IMG/VR virus record: IMGVR_UViG_3300026549_000002
Length of the DNA: 20,000 nucleotides
Direction: 5' to 3' (one strand)
Source: an uncultured virus (IMG/VR IMGVR_UViG_3300026549_000002)
Lineage: Duplodnaviria; Heunggongvirae; Uroviricota; Caudoviricetes
The notes beneath the pieces are model-generated. The model was not told where the DNA came from and searched no databases. It was given only the letters and a program-made list of their open reading frames with translations. The translations under genes and the position numbers were made by a program. This document shows positions 8,643 through 17,257 of the stretch, in pieces; position 1 is the stretch's first letter, and every line of letters starts with the position of its first letter.

Positions 8643-11051
8643 TTACTTTTTCACTATAGCTGCGGCCGCAAGCGTTCTAGGACCAACCCAACCATCGCCT
8701 TGACCTTTGCCAACTTCTTTTTCTTGGAACTGCTTAGTATACTTTAATGTAGTGTCACCATAAATTCCATCAACAGTAACAACTGTCTTGCCAAAATACC
8801 AATTCAGATATTTCTGCCACAGTTCAACTCTGCTGCCAACTTCACCATAATACATAGTGATAGTAGCATTAACTGAAGAATTATATCTATGCACTCTTGG
8901 GAATCCTTTATATCTTGCATCAGTTAGTGTAGTAACTCTAATAGAATTATTCCATTTTGTAGAATTTCTAATATTATCATCTCCGCTACCAGCTTCAACA
9001 ATCTTTCCATTGCCAATATATAAAGCTACATGAGTATCTTTACAAAGTACATCGCCAGGTTTTAAACTTGATTTAGCAGGATGACCAAGATTGGTAAATA
9101 AACTAGATTTAGCATATCCACTGTTCTTACCAAAATCCCAAGAACTAGTATTTCTACATAAACTAAGTGCCTTAGGTACACATCCACCATGTGCCCAAGC
9201 TGCACCTACAAATGGATTACAACAATATGTAAACTTAGGATCTAACATATTACGTTTTTGTTTACCATTTGTTCCACAGAAATAACATCCATTGTGGTGA
9301 GCATTAGCATCTTTAGCTTTATTAGTATATCCATAATGGAATCTGTTATCTCCCGCAATCCATTTTGCCCATTTAATTGTATCTGCAATAACTTGAGCAT
9401 TAGATTTTCTTACTGTTGTTGTTGGTAATATTCCAGAATATCCTACTTTTTCGACGGGGGCTTGATTCTCCAGTAATTCATTAACCTTTGCCTGCACTGC
9501 ATCATAATCATAACCTGCTGCAATAAGTTTTTCTTTTCTAGTTTTACCGCTTCCCCATTTGCCATCTAGAACCTCCTGTGCAAGTCTTGCAATTAATTCT
9601 TCTTTGGCTTTCTTCTTAGCCTTTTCTGCTTCAAGCCTTACTTTTTCATTTGCAATAGCTTTATTAACAGAAGTTTTTTCATTAGTAGCTGCTTCAAGTA
9701 AAGCATCTACTTGAGATTGAATTGCATTATAACCATATTCAGGTTTCTCTAAATTTAATGTTTCAGGTTTCTCTGATAGCCAATCTCCATCAGCAATTTC
9801 TTGTCCTAAAAGTTGTAATAATTTACCTTGTTCTTTAATTCTAACAAGCGCAGCTAAACGAGCTTCTTCAGCTTCACGTCTTAATTTTTCTTCTTCTTCA
9901 GCTTTTTTACGAGCTTCTTCTTCTGCAGCTAATCTAGCTGCCTCTTCTGCTGCCTTAGCCTCTGCTTCAAGACGTGCCTGTTCAGCTGCCACCACATTAT
10001 CTTTAGCTTTCAAGATTTCATTAACTTTAGTTTGAACTGCATCATAATTATATCCTGCATTAGTTAAATTAGTCTTTCTAGCAGCACCAGAACCCCACTT
10101 ACCAGCGATTACTTCTTGAGCAACCTCATCAACGGTTTTCTTTTTAACTGCATCACATACAACTTCAATAATATGATGTGAATCAATTTTACTAATAATG
10201 TAAGAAGTTGTAACACCAACTGCTTTACCATCTACTTTAATGCTTTGTACACTCATGCCGGCACTAGGTTTAATGGTAATGATTGCATTTTGTCCCGCCA
10301 TATAGCGATCACTATAAGTAATTGTACCATTAGTACAAGAGGTAAGAACAATGAATGTATTAACACTAAATACACCATACACTTTTCTATTAGACATATG
10401 TGATGATCTTACATTAAGTGCAGCTCTATTAGAACCAGGTTTGTTATTATCATAGATTCCTGCGGCATGACCTGCGTGATTGAACAGTAAATTACCTTTA
10501 CTGTCTTTATAAGCATAGGAAGCAGTATGTCCCATAAAACCGATAATGTCACCTTCTTTAATTTTTCCCTCTTTAACTAACTGTGCCGTAGTTTTTTCAG
10601 GATATTTAATACTACTCCAATACTTACCATTAATACTATTCATAGCTTTTATAGATGCGTTATAAAAACTATTCTGAACAGCTTTGCTATCATTGTTACT
10701 ACCACTAGAAGTAATTTTATATCCCTCTTTAATTAAGCCACAGCGCATAGCAACTACACTAGGAAATGTAATACAAGTTCCATAATCCTTACTTTTATTA
10801 ATAGTTTTTGGACTCCATTTGTTCCAACTATACTTAGCATTATAAGACCAATTATATTGAGCTTTGCATGCATCAAACCAAGGCTTCATAGCTTCTTTGC
10901 GGGATTTCATATGCGCAGAGACTTCATTAATTCTTTTTTGAATTATATCATAATTATATCCCGCAGCTTGGAGTTTCTTTTTCCGTTCATCACCGGAACC
11001 CCATTTTCCATCAAATATTTCTAATACAATTTGATCAGTTGTTTTAGCCAT
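8643..11051 (-). CDS. Multidomain cell-wall hydrolase: CW_7 (Cpl-7) repeats, two NlpC/P60/papain-like domains, coiled-coil spacer, C-terminal PG-binding domain
   Basis: Start at MAKTTDQ (11051, AGGAG RBS), 802 aa. Three clear GKWGSG...AGYxYD repeats plus one degenerate copy. C-terminal NlpC/P60 (YCCNPFV...LKPGDVLC..THVALYIGNG). N-terminal TCITFPS...EGDIIGFMGHT. VDGIYGxxT PG-binding motif. Confidence 0.8.
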   Translation of the reverse strand: MAKTTDQIVLEIFDGKWGSGDERKKKLQAAGYNYDIIQKRINEVSAHMKSRKEAMKPWFDACKAQYNWSYNAKYSWNKWSPKTINKSKDYGTCITFPSVVAMRCGLIKEGYKITSSGSNNDSKAVQNSFYNASIKAMNSINGKYWSSIKYPEKTTAQLVKEGKIKEGDIIGFMGHTASYAYKDSKGNLLFNHAGHAAGIYDNNKPGSNRAALNVRSSHMSNRKVYGVFSVNTFIVLTSCTNGTITYSDRYMAGQNAIITIKPSAGMSVQSIKVDGKAVGVTTSYIISKIDSHHIIEVVCDAVKKKTVDEVAQEVIAGKWGSGAARKTNLTNAGYNYDAVQTKVNEILKAKDNVVAAEQARLEAEAKAAEEAARLAAEEEARKKAEEEEKLRREAEEARLAALVRIKEQGKLLQLLGQEIADGDWLSEKPETLNLEKPEYGYNAIQSQVDALLEAATNEKTSVNKAIANEKVRLEAEKAKKKAKEELIARLAQEVLDGKWGSGKTRKEKLIAAGYDYDAVQAKVNELLENQAPVEKVGYSGILPTTTVRKSNAQVIADTIKWAKWIAGDNRFHYGYTNKAKDANAHHNGCYFCGTNGKQKRNMLDPKFTYCCNPFVGAAWAHGGCVPKALSLCRNTSSWDFGKNSGYAKSSLFTNLGHPAKSSLKPGDVLCKDTHVALYIGNGKIVEAGSGDDNIRNSTKWNNSIRVTTLTDARYKGFPRVHRYNSSVNATITMYYGEVGSRVELWQKYLNWYFGKTVVTVDGIYGDTTLKYTKQFQEKEVGKGQGDGWVGPRTLAAAAIVKK

Positions 11052-11065
11052 ATTTTTCTCTCCTT

Positions 11066-12628
11066 TTATTTCTGATTCCAATAGGCAACATAGCATTTAT
11101 TCATATCTACTCTGCCTTTAATTCCTTTTACAGAACCACTAGAACTATATTGCCATATTCCAAACCAGTTAGGATGTTTATGTGTAATTTTTGAATTATA
11201 CTGTGCAATCCAAAGTGGATAACTTGTATAATTCGCAGTTTTAATATAATTATTAAACCAATTTAAATTAGCATAGATTCCAGGCTTGCCGCCAAGAGCC
11301 TTCATTTTATTAATAAAAGCAGATGCAGATTGATTTGCATAGCTACTTAATGAACTAGCTTCTAAATCAATATATAATGGCATGTCTGGATTATATTGCT
11401 TACAGGCATTATAAAGTCTTTCAGCTTCTTTTTCTGCGGCCGCCTTAGTTTTAGCTCTACTAAAGATATAGGCACCAACATGAAGTCCTTGTGCTTTTGC
11501 AGCCTTCATATTCTTATCAAATTTACTATCAAGAGTATTTCCATCTGCATATCTAATAATAGCACCATCTACTCCATCAGCTTTTACTTTTGCCCAATCA
11601 ATATCTCCTTGCCACACAGAAACATCAATAACTTTATATACAGACTTTGTTGGAGTTGCGGCAGGAGTGCTTGGCGTCTTATTAGCACTAGAACTACTAG
11701 AGCTATTTGTAGCTGGTTTTAAGTCACCATTAAGCCATTTTTGTACAGCTTTTGAAGTATTTGGTCCCCAGTATCCATCTGGATTACTTAAACCGAGATA
11801 TTTCTGAAATGCTTTAATTGTATTTGGGCCAAGTTCACCGTCTGGACCACTTAACTTTAGCATTTTTTGTAATGCTTTAATACAATTACTGCCGCCGCTA
11901 CCATAGGAGATACCACTACTGAATCCACTATGATACTTCTTTAAAGATTTACTTTGTCCACTAATTTTTCCATCCTGTGTTGTTCCCATCTTCTTCTGTA
12001 AAGCCTTAATGGAAGCTGGACCAAATTTACCATCAACAGTTAACTTACCTGGAGTCGGAGTTGGATCAACAGAAGGAACTGGAGTATCACCGCCGCCAAT
12101 ACTGCCAGCTGGTGGATTAGCAGTCCAAATCTGCGGAATTAATCCTGCCATAGTAGTTTCATAACAGTACCAACCATCATGATGTCTACCGCCTGAATCT
12201 TTGCAATAAAAATAGTGTTTTCCATTCTGAACCTTATAATCAACAAAAGCTACATAGTGTCCACCTGTTGTCCAAGTAACACCGCCTCTGCTACCGCCTC
12301 TGAATAGAATAACACCAAATTTATATTTTCTATCTTTTAATGTCTCCCAAACACTTTTCATATTTGGGTGATTAATAACACTAAAACCATAATGTTGAAG
12401 TGTCTTTGTAATTCCTGCCCAAAGAGTTCCTTGATTCCTAATGGCGAATCCTTGATTTACCATATAAGGTCTTAAATCTTTAGGAGTCCAATTTTTATAT
12501 TTATCTAATTCTATCATTACATGCAGACAAGCACAACAACCGCATCCGCATCCACCAAATGTAGAACCTTTTGGATAAGGTAAACTTGCCCATCTAGAAT
12601 CAGCTTGTCTATAAATATTTTTATTCAT
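11066..12628 (-). CDS. Endolysin: C39-like peptidase + PG-binding repeats + GH25 muramidase
   Basis: N-terminal YRQxDxRW...GCG...GHYV. Central DGxxGPxT/S..ALQ repeats. C-terminal IDVSVWQG, YIDLE, WIAQY and WQYSSSG..VDMN GH25 motifs. Follows the holin gene. Confidence 0.88.
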   Translation of the reverse strand: MNKNIYRQADSRWASLPYPKGSTFGGCGCGCCACLHVMIELDKYKNWTPKDLRPYMVNQGFAIRNQGTLWAGITKTLQHYGFSVINHPNMKSVWETLKDRKYKFGVILFRGGSRGGVTWTTGGHYVAFVDYKVQNGKHYFYCKDSGGRHHDGWYCYETTMAGLIPQIWTANPPAGSIGGGDTPVPSVDPTPTPGKLTVDGKFGPASIKALQKKMGTTQDGKISGQSKSLKKYHSGFSSGISYGSGGSNCIKALQKMLKLSGPDGELGPNTIKAFQKYLGLSNPDGYWGPNTSKAVQKWLNGDLKPATNSSSSSSANKTPSTPAATPTKSVYKVIDVSVWQGDIDWAKVKADGVDGAIIRYADGNTLDSKFDKNMKAAKAQGLHVGAYIFSRAKTKAAAEKEAERLYNACKQYNPDMPLYIDLEASSLSSYANQSASAFINKMKALGGKPGIYANLNWFNNYIKTANYTSYPLWIAQYNSKITHKHPNWFGIWQYSSSGSVKGIKGRVDMNKCYVAYWNQK

Positions 12629-12920
12629 CTAATACCTCCACTTCTTCAATTATTTCATCACTAAGTGGTGCAGTATAGAATCTCTCGCCAATATAATCAT
12701 CTTTTAGTTCTTCTTTAATTTGACGAGTTACACCTGTTCCATGACAGCTAGCTTCAGTAAAGTCTTCGTTGTAGTAATATCCTACTGCTGCAGCAAGCAC
12801 CAGGAAGATATAAATAACTATCTTTGCTGAAAATACTATCATAATATCGAACAGAGCAAATCCAGTTAGAACAAGAGCAAGAATTAGAGCAATCCCTCTA
12901 ATACGAGTACCTCTATTCAT
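12621..12920 (-). CDS. Holin (SPP1-family-like)
   Basis: 99 aa, two hydrophobic segments, GTRIR N-terminus, YYNEDFTEA after TM2, charged C-terminus, AGGAGG RBS. Overlaps the endolysin start. Confidence 0.8.
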   Translation of the reverse strand: MNRGTRIRGIALILALVLTGFALFDIMIVFSAKIVIYIFLVLAAAVGYYYNEDFTEASCHGTGVTRQIKEELKDDYIGERFYTAPLSDEIIEEVEVLDE

Positions 12921-12935
12921 TTAAACCTCCTAACT

Positions 12936-12980
12936 AAAATGCGGCCGGTGCTTGGGTTCCGCGCCCGAGCTGCCGCCGCA
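12936..12980 (-). terminator. GC-rich hairpin between terminase and holin (terminator/attenuator candidate)
   Basis: Imperfect inverted repeat TGCGGC..GCTCGGG / CCCAAGC..GCCGCA followed by TTTT on the minus strand, immediately before the holin RBS. Confidence 0.5.
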
Positions 12981-12982
12981 AT

Positions 12983-14725
12983 CTATGAGAAGAACAAGAA
13001 ATCGTTAATATTTCTCTTTTTCCGCTTTCTCATTCTCTCTTCTTCTTTTTTTATGTAATACATTCCATATACAAAAGCTGAGAATCTATCCTTCTTTATG
13101 CTTCTGCTGGACTGTTTTAGAATAATATTAACTCCTTGATTCTCTTCAACTAAATTTAACATTTGCGCTTTGAGAGCTGTTGTAAGAACAAATGGCATCA
13201 ACCTTTCATTTCTTTGTTCAGAAGTCATATTCTGACCAAGTTTAGTAGACATTAGTTTAGTTTTAGCTGTTGCTTCATCTATTAAGAACTGCACCCTGCC
13301 GCTACTCATTTGTGTCTGAGTATAACTATAGGCCTCAGTATTAATAGGAGCATTAGCTTTAATTAGATACATAGCATCTTTTTCTACATCGGGTGCTTTA
13401 TTTACATCCTTATATTGATTTATAATATCTTCAAAAGTGCCACCCTCTACTCCAAATGGAGGAAGAATATCACCATTATCTGGATCAACCTGTGCTTTTG
13501 TCATAAAATCAATAAGTCCAACACCTAAACCATTAGCATCTATTGCCATAGTTCTTGCTTTGTATCTATAATATAACTTCTTTAAATTAATAGCTTGTTT
13601 TTCAAAATCTTCAGCTTCATAGCTGAACATATTTACCAAACTCTTAATTGCAGAGCCTTTTGGTTGTGGTGTAACCTTAAAAATACAAGCCTCAGTTGTA
13701 CATCCTATTCTACCAACGTCCACTCCAATAACATAGAAAGCAGTTTTGCTACTTCTATTGCTATATTCATCTTCTGGTTGATTTAATACTCTATATTTAT
13801 CAAATTTCTCCGCAGAATAGAAAGCATTTTCTGCATCGCCACTCCAAATACTTCTATACTCACGGTCAAAAGATTCATCGTTGAATGTTCCTTGCATACG
13901 TAATTGGTCAACGAAGTCTTCATTGAGTAGCCCTTCGCAAACTGGAGTCTCATAGGTTCCACCCATTATCATAACTTGGTCTGGTTCGATAATAGATTGA
14001 ACCAATAGCTCAATCAGTTTAGCATAAGCAAAACTATTCTTCCAACCCGCAGTGGTAATATAAATCTGGCTCTTGTTAACATTTTCTTCTTTGTGGCGGC
14101 TGCCGTCAGGAAGTCTCCTATCTACGTTTGTTGTAGGTATGATAACTTCATTTAGAATGTCTCCATCAATTAGAACACATTCCTCCATTAATCCACCGGT
14201 ACGACGCTGCCCTCTAGAGGACTGCCGCGCAGTTAAAATGTTAATCTTACTACCATTTTTAAATACATATTCAACATTATCTTTTGTTTTCTTTGTTTTT
14301 CCACGGCCCCAGTCAATTTCATTCTCAAATGCTGGTATCAATCGGCAAATTTCTTCAATCTTAGCAATTGTAATACTTGCCGCTTGTTCCTTTCCTCCTG
14401 TTGTTACAAATAACTCTGCTCCAGGATAAAAGATACATCTAAGCATTAATACCATCATGCTTAAGAATGACTTACTATAGGCTCTTGGGAAAGTAGCATA
14501 TACGTATCTATGACGCATTACTACTCTAATAAAAATTCTTTGATAAAAATAGAATTTGAAATTACTATTTGGACCTTTAATAAAATCTACAAAATAGTCT
14601 GGATATTCACGAAAGAAACTAATTATATGTCTTAAATTAGACATTTGATTAGCTAAGCGTTCTTCAGAAAGACCTTGTTTGCGACTAGTCTGACTTGAAA
14701 GATTCATTAAATCCTGTAAGCTCAT
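12983..14725 (-). CDS. terL: Terminase large subunit
   Basis: 580 aa. FYFYQ adenine-binding motif, Walker A-like PRAYSKS, Walker B-like GLMEE, ITTAG coupling motif, RNase H-like nuclease motifs GVDVGR, IDANGLG and KDRFSA. Confidence 0.93.
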   Translation of the reverse strand: MSLQDLMNLSSQTSRKQGLSEERLANQMSNLRHIISFFREYPDYFVDFIKGPNSNFKFYFYQRIFIRVVMRHRYVYATFPRAYSKSFLSMMVLMLRCIFYPGAELFVTTGGKEQAASITIAKIEEICRLIPAFENEIDWGRGKTKKTKDNVEYVFKNGSKINILTARQSSRGQRRTGGLMEECVLIDGDILNEVIIPTTNVDRRLPDGSRHKEENVNKSQIYITTAGWKNSFAYAKLIELLVQSIIEPDQVMIMGGTYETPVCEGLLNEDFVDQLRMQGTFNDESFDREYRSIWSGDAENAFYSAEKFDKYRVLNQPEDEYSNRSSKTAFYVIGVDVGRIGCTTEACIFKVTPQPKGSAIKSLVNMFSYEAEDFEKQAINLKKLYYRYKARTMAIDANGLGVGLIDFMTKAQVDPDNGDILPPFGVEGGTFEDIINQYKDVNKAPDVEKDAMYLIKANAPINTEAYSYTQTQMSSGRVQFLIDEATAKTKLMSTKLGQNMTSEQRNERLMPFVLTTALKAQMLNLVEENQGVNIILKQSSRSIKKDRFSAFVYGMYYIKKEEERMRKRKKRNINDFLFFS

Positions 14726-15948
14726 TCTGCATCCTCTGGTTCAGCTTCTGCACCAAGCACAGCCGCGTCTTCTTGTTTCTGCTCGTCTAAGCTATTAGAA
14801 TATTCCAGAAAATCTTCATCAGACATCTCAGGTGCTTCAAGACCTTTATCCTTAGCCTCTTCCCTATCTTTCTTCTGTTGATCCACAATTTCTTTCTTCT
14901 TAATATATTCTTCAATCTGTCTGGCAAGAGCAGTATCAGAATAAATAAGTGACTTAGTATATTCTTTTAAGTCTTTGATAACTGTGTCAATAATGTCAAC
15001 AGGTGCATCCAATTCAAATCTTGGTATTTGACCGCCATTTTTCTCGCAATAGGCTACTAATTCACCTACGCTATCAACGAAATCATTTTTTTCTTCTTTC
15101 TTCCTTTGCGCTGCCGCAAAGTTAGCTAATTTACGTTGATTACCTAGCTCTCTTGAAAGTTTTGTAAAACCTTCATAATCACCCATATCTAGGGCCTGAT
15201 TTGCTTTTAAATTTAGTTTACAAATAATAATTAAGGAATTAATAGTATCTGCATCTTGAATATCGAATGAATTGGTCATTTCAGTATAAGTTTTCTCTAA
15301 ATCAATCCATTCTTGTGGTTTATACAAAGTACCCCACTTCATAGCCAGATATTTCATATCATCTTCAGTGAGGTCTGCCGCAGGATTCGGCAAATTTACT
15401 TGAGCAAATTGTTGTTCTTGAAAAGGATTATGGAATTGTGTATCTAATTCTGCAGAAGTCTTAGGTACATATTCCTTATTTTGCGTTGGAGTAGACATCA
15501 TAGTCTTATATTCAGCTTCAGAAATCTCTCCAGCTTCAAATTTCTCCTTTAATTCCTTTTCGAATATCTCATCTGATTGCCTTTTTTGAGCAGTATTTTT
15601 TCTTTCCTTTTCAGCTTGAAGTGCTTGACACTTTTCAGTATCTGCCCAACCATATTGGTTCCATTGCTTCAGTTTCATTTTAGAAAGATATTTACCAAAA
15701 ACAGACATACCATTCATTTTATCTGGGTTTTTAGCAAAAGCTCTATCCCTTAATATATTCCATTCAGACGGAACATAAGGTACATCCATTTTTTCAAGCA
15801 ACCACAAAAATGTGTTAGGGTCGTAATTGTCTATATGCATAGTCAAACAATCCTTACACATTTCAGTCTTTTGCCCATTCTTATAAGTATAAAACTTAAG
15901 TTCATCCATAGTGCGGCCGCATTTTTGACAAGTTAATTTTTGACCCAT
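14722..15948 (-). CDS. CxxC zinc-finger protein coupled to terL; candidate terminase small subunit
   Basis: 408 aa, N-terminal CQKC...CKDC, helical remainder, stop overlaps terL start (ATGA). TerS call is positional only. Confidence 0.6.
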   Translation of the reverse strand: MGQKLTCQKCGRTMDELKFYTYKNGQKTEMCKDCLTMHIDNYDPNTFLWLLEKMDVPYVPSEWNILRDRAFAKNPDKMNGMSVFGKYLSKMKLKQWNQYGWADTEKCQALQAEKERKNTAQKRQSDEIFEKELKEKFEAGEISEAEYKTMMSTPTQNKEYVPKTSAELDTQFHNPFQEQQFAQVNLPNPAADLTEDDMKYLAMKWGTLYKPQEWIDLEKTYTEMTNSFDIQDADTINSLIIICKLNLKANQALDMGDYEGFTKLSRELGNQRKLANFAAAQRKKEEKNDFVDSVGELVAYCEKNGGQIPRFELDAPVDIIDTVIKDLKEYTKSLIYSDTALARQIEEYIKKKEIVDQQKKDREEAKDKGLEAPEMSDEDFLEYSNSLDEQKQEDAAVLGAEAEPEDAE

Positions 15949-16007
15949 ACACTATTCTCCTTTGTTTATTACTCAGTAATTATGAGTTTTTATTATATTT
16001 AGTTATC

Positions 16008-17132
16008 TTATCTTGCCCAATTAACACCCTTATAGTTAATTGTCTTCACTTGTTTATTTTTATTGGTCTTAGCATTTCTGCATGATTTGCAAATACTATA
16101 GAATCCATCTTTACTTGTATTATTTTTTGAGAAAAACATATTATGAGCTAATTTGATCCTGCCGCAACGCGAACATCTCTTCCATTTACCATACTCTTCA
16201 TAGGTAAAATGCCACTCTAACCAGTCTCTTTGCGCTGCTTCCGCAATCAACTTAGGAATCTTCTTACGCCAGAGTGATGAGATGTACTCTACCGAATGCC
16301 GCACTCCATAATCATTTTCAAGAGTCGCTTGAATATTTTCATTAGTCATACCATCTATTTTATAAATAATTAAATCATAAAACATTGGGTATCTATCTTT
16401 TATATGTTTTTCTATTAAATTTTCTAAATCAGTAATTACATAGCGTGCATCACTATCAAACCTATCCCAAGTATCTTGCTTAATCTTACAATAATTACAT
16501 AAGACAATAGAAACGTGTTCTGGAATCAATAGAGAAAAACCATTTATATCAAGTGAGCCGTTAGGCTCAACTTGAATCTCTTCAATTAATGGAATATATG
16601 AGAATGTACGAGTAAGATTAGTAATATGAATAGGTTGATAATAAGAATTTTTTAGAATATATTGGTCTTTCCGCATTTCAATAATAGACTTTTTAATAAC
16701 ATATTTCTGGCGGCCGCTGGCTTGTGGCAGCTTCTTTTCTAAGTCTTCTATTGCTTCGCGCAGTTGCTTTAATCCAGGAACTACTTCGATGTCTTGCGGT
16801 GTAATTGATATTTTAGGTGTAAAGATAATATTTTTATCATTAGTAATCATACTATAAATACCATCTTCACCATTTTCAAACTTAGCTATTAAACCTTCAA
16901 ATGAGGTTTCTCTTTTATTAACAGTAACCATATGATTATCTGTTAGTATTTTCTTCTTTGCCCTCTCTTGTTTATCCATGGCGAATATCATATAATCCGC
17001 CATTATTTCAAGATACCTAGGAGTTAATTTATCTGGGTCAGTAGATGCTATTATTTTATTAACTAATTCTACCCTTGCCGCAGGTTCTTTAATCGTATAA
17101 TCCAGCTTTAAGGTTGTATTTTCTTCTGACAT
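16008..17132 (-). CDS. Putative DNA-binding protein (HTH-like segment and C-terminal Zn ribbon)
   Basis: 374 aa. KIDGMTNENIQATL...SVEYISSLW resembles an HTH; CSRC...CKSC zinc ribbon. AGGAG RBS and its own promoter. Confidence 0.65.
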   Translation of the reverse strand: MSEENTTLKLDYTIKEPAARVELVNKIIASTDPDKLTPRYLEIMADYMIFAMDKQERAKKKILTDNHMVTVNKRETSFEGLIAKFENGEDGIYSMITNDKNIIFTPKISITPQDIEVVPGLKQLREAIEDLEKKLPQASGRQKYVIKKSIIEMRKDQYILKNSYYQPIHITNLTRTFSYIPLIEEIQVEPNGSLDINGFSLLIPEHVSIVLCNYCKIKQDTWDRFDSDARYVITDLENLIEKHIKDRYPMFYDLIIYKIDGMTNENIQATLENDYGVRHSVEYISSLWRKKIPKLIAEAAQRDWLEWHFTYEEYGKWKRCSRCGRIKLAHNMFFSKNNTSKDGFYSICKSCRNAKTNKNKQVKTINYKGVNWAR

Positions 17133-17168
17133 TTATTTTACTCCTTTGGTCAATTATCTTACATCTTT

Positions 17169-17197
17169 ATTATAACAAAAATTTTTCACTGAGTCAA
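17169..17197 (-). promoter_or_regulatory. Sigma-A promoter (leftward)
   Basis: Minus strand TTGACT-17 bp-TATAAT with extended TG. Confidence 0.85.
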
Positions 17198-17218
17198 GCT
17201 CCACAGGTAAAGTAATAT

Positions 17219-17247
17219 TTGCTTTTTTCAAAATTTTTTGTTATAAT
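17219..17247 (+). promoter_or_regulatory. Sigma-A promoter (rightward)
   Basis: TTGCTT (17219-17224)-17 bp-TATAAT (17242-17247) with extended TG. Confidence 0.8.
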
Positions 17248-17257
17248 ATATATAGAA

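Noticed and set aside
9840..9990. TolA-like gene or tandem DNA repeat in the Ala/Glu/Lys-rich stretch
   Set aside because: It is a low-complexity helical linker inside the hydrolase with no exact nucleotide repeat unit.
8661..12947. TGCGGCCG at both ends of the lysis cassette as a target-site duplication
   Set aside because: The same 8-mer occurs at 3125, 11435 and 15912, and the left copy is inside the coding sequence. General motif enrichment explains it.
1588..14429. Plus-strand ORFs in the track (1588, 2040, 3010, 3685, 5766, 6542, 7277, 8430, 9091, 11396, 13595, 14073) and alternate-frame minus ORFs (2101, 4110, 5326)
   Set aside because: All overlap longer, well-supported minus-strand genes and have antisense or shadow composition with no recognisable motifs.
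15971..15987. ACTCA-N7-TGAGT palindrome, with ACTCAGT also at 17188-17194 on the minus strand, as an operator
   Set aside because: Arms are short and a 7-mer match is expected by chance in AT-rich DNA.
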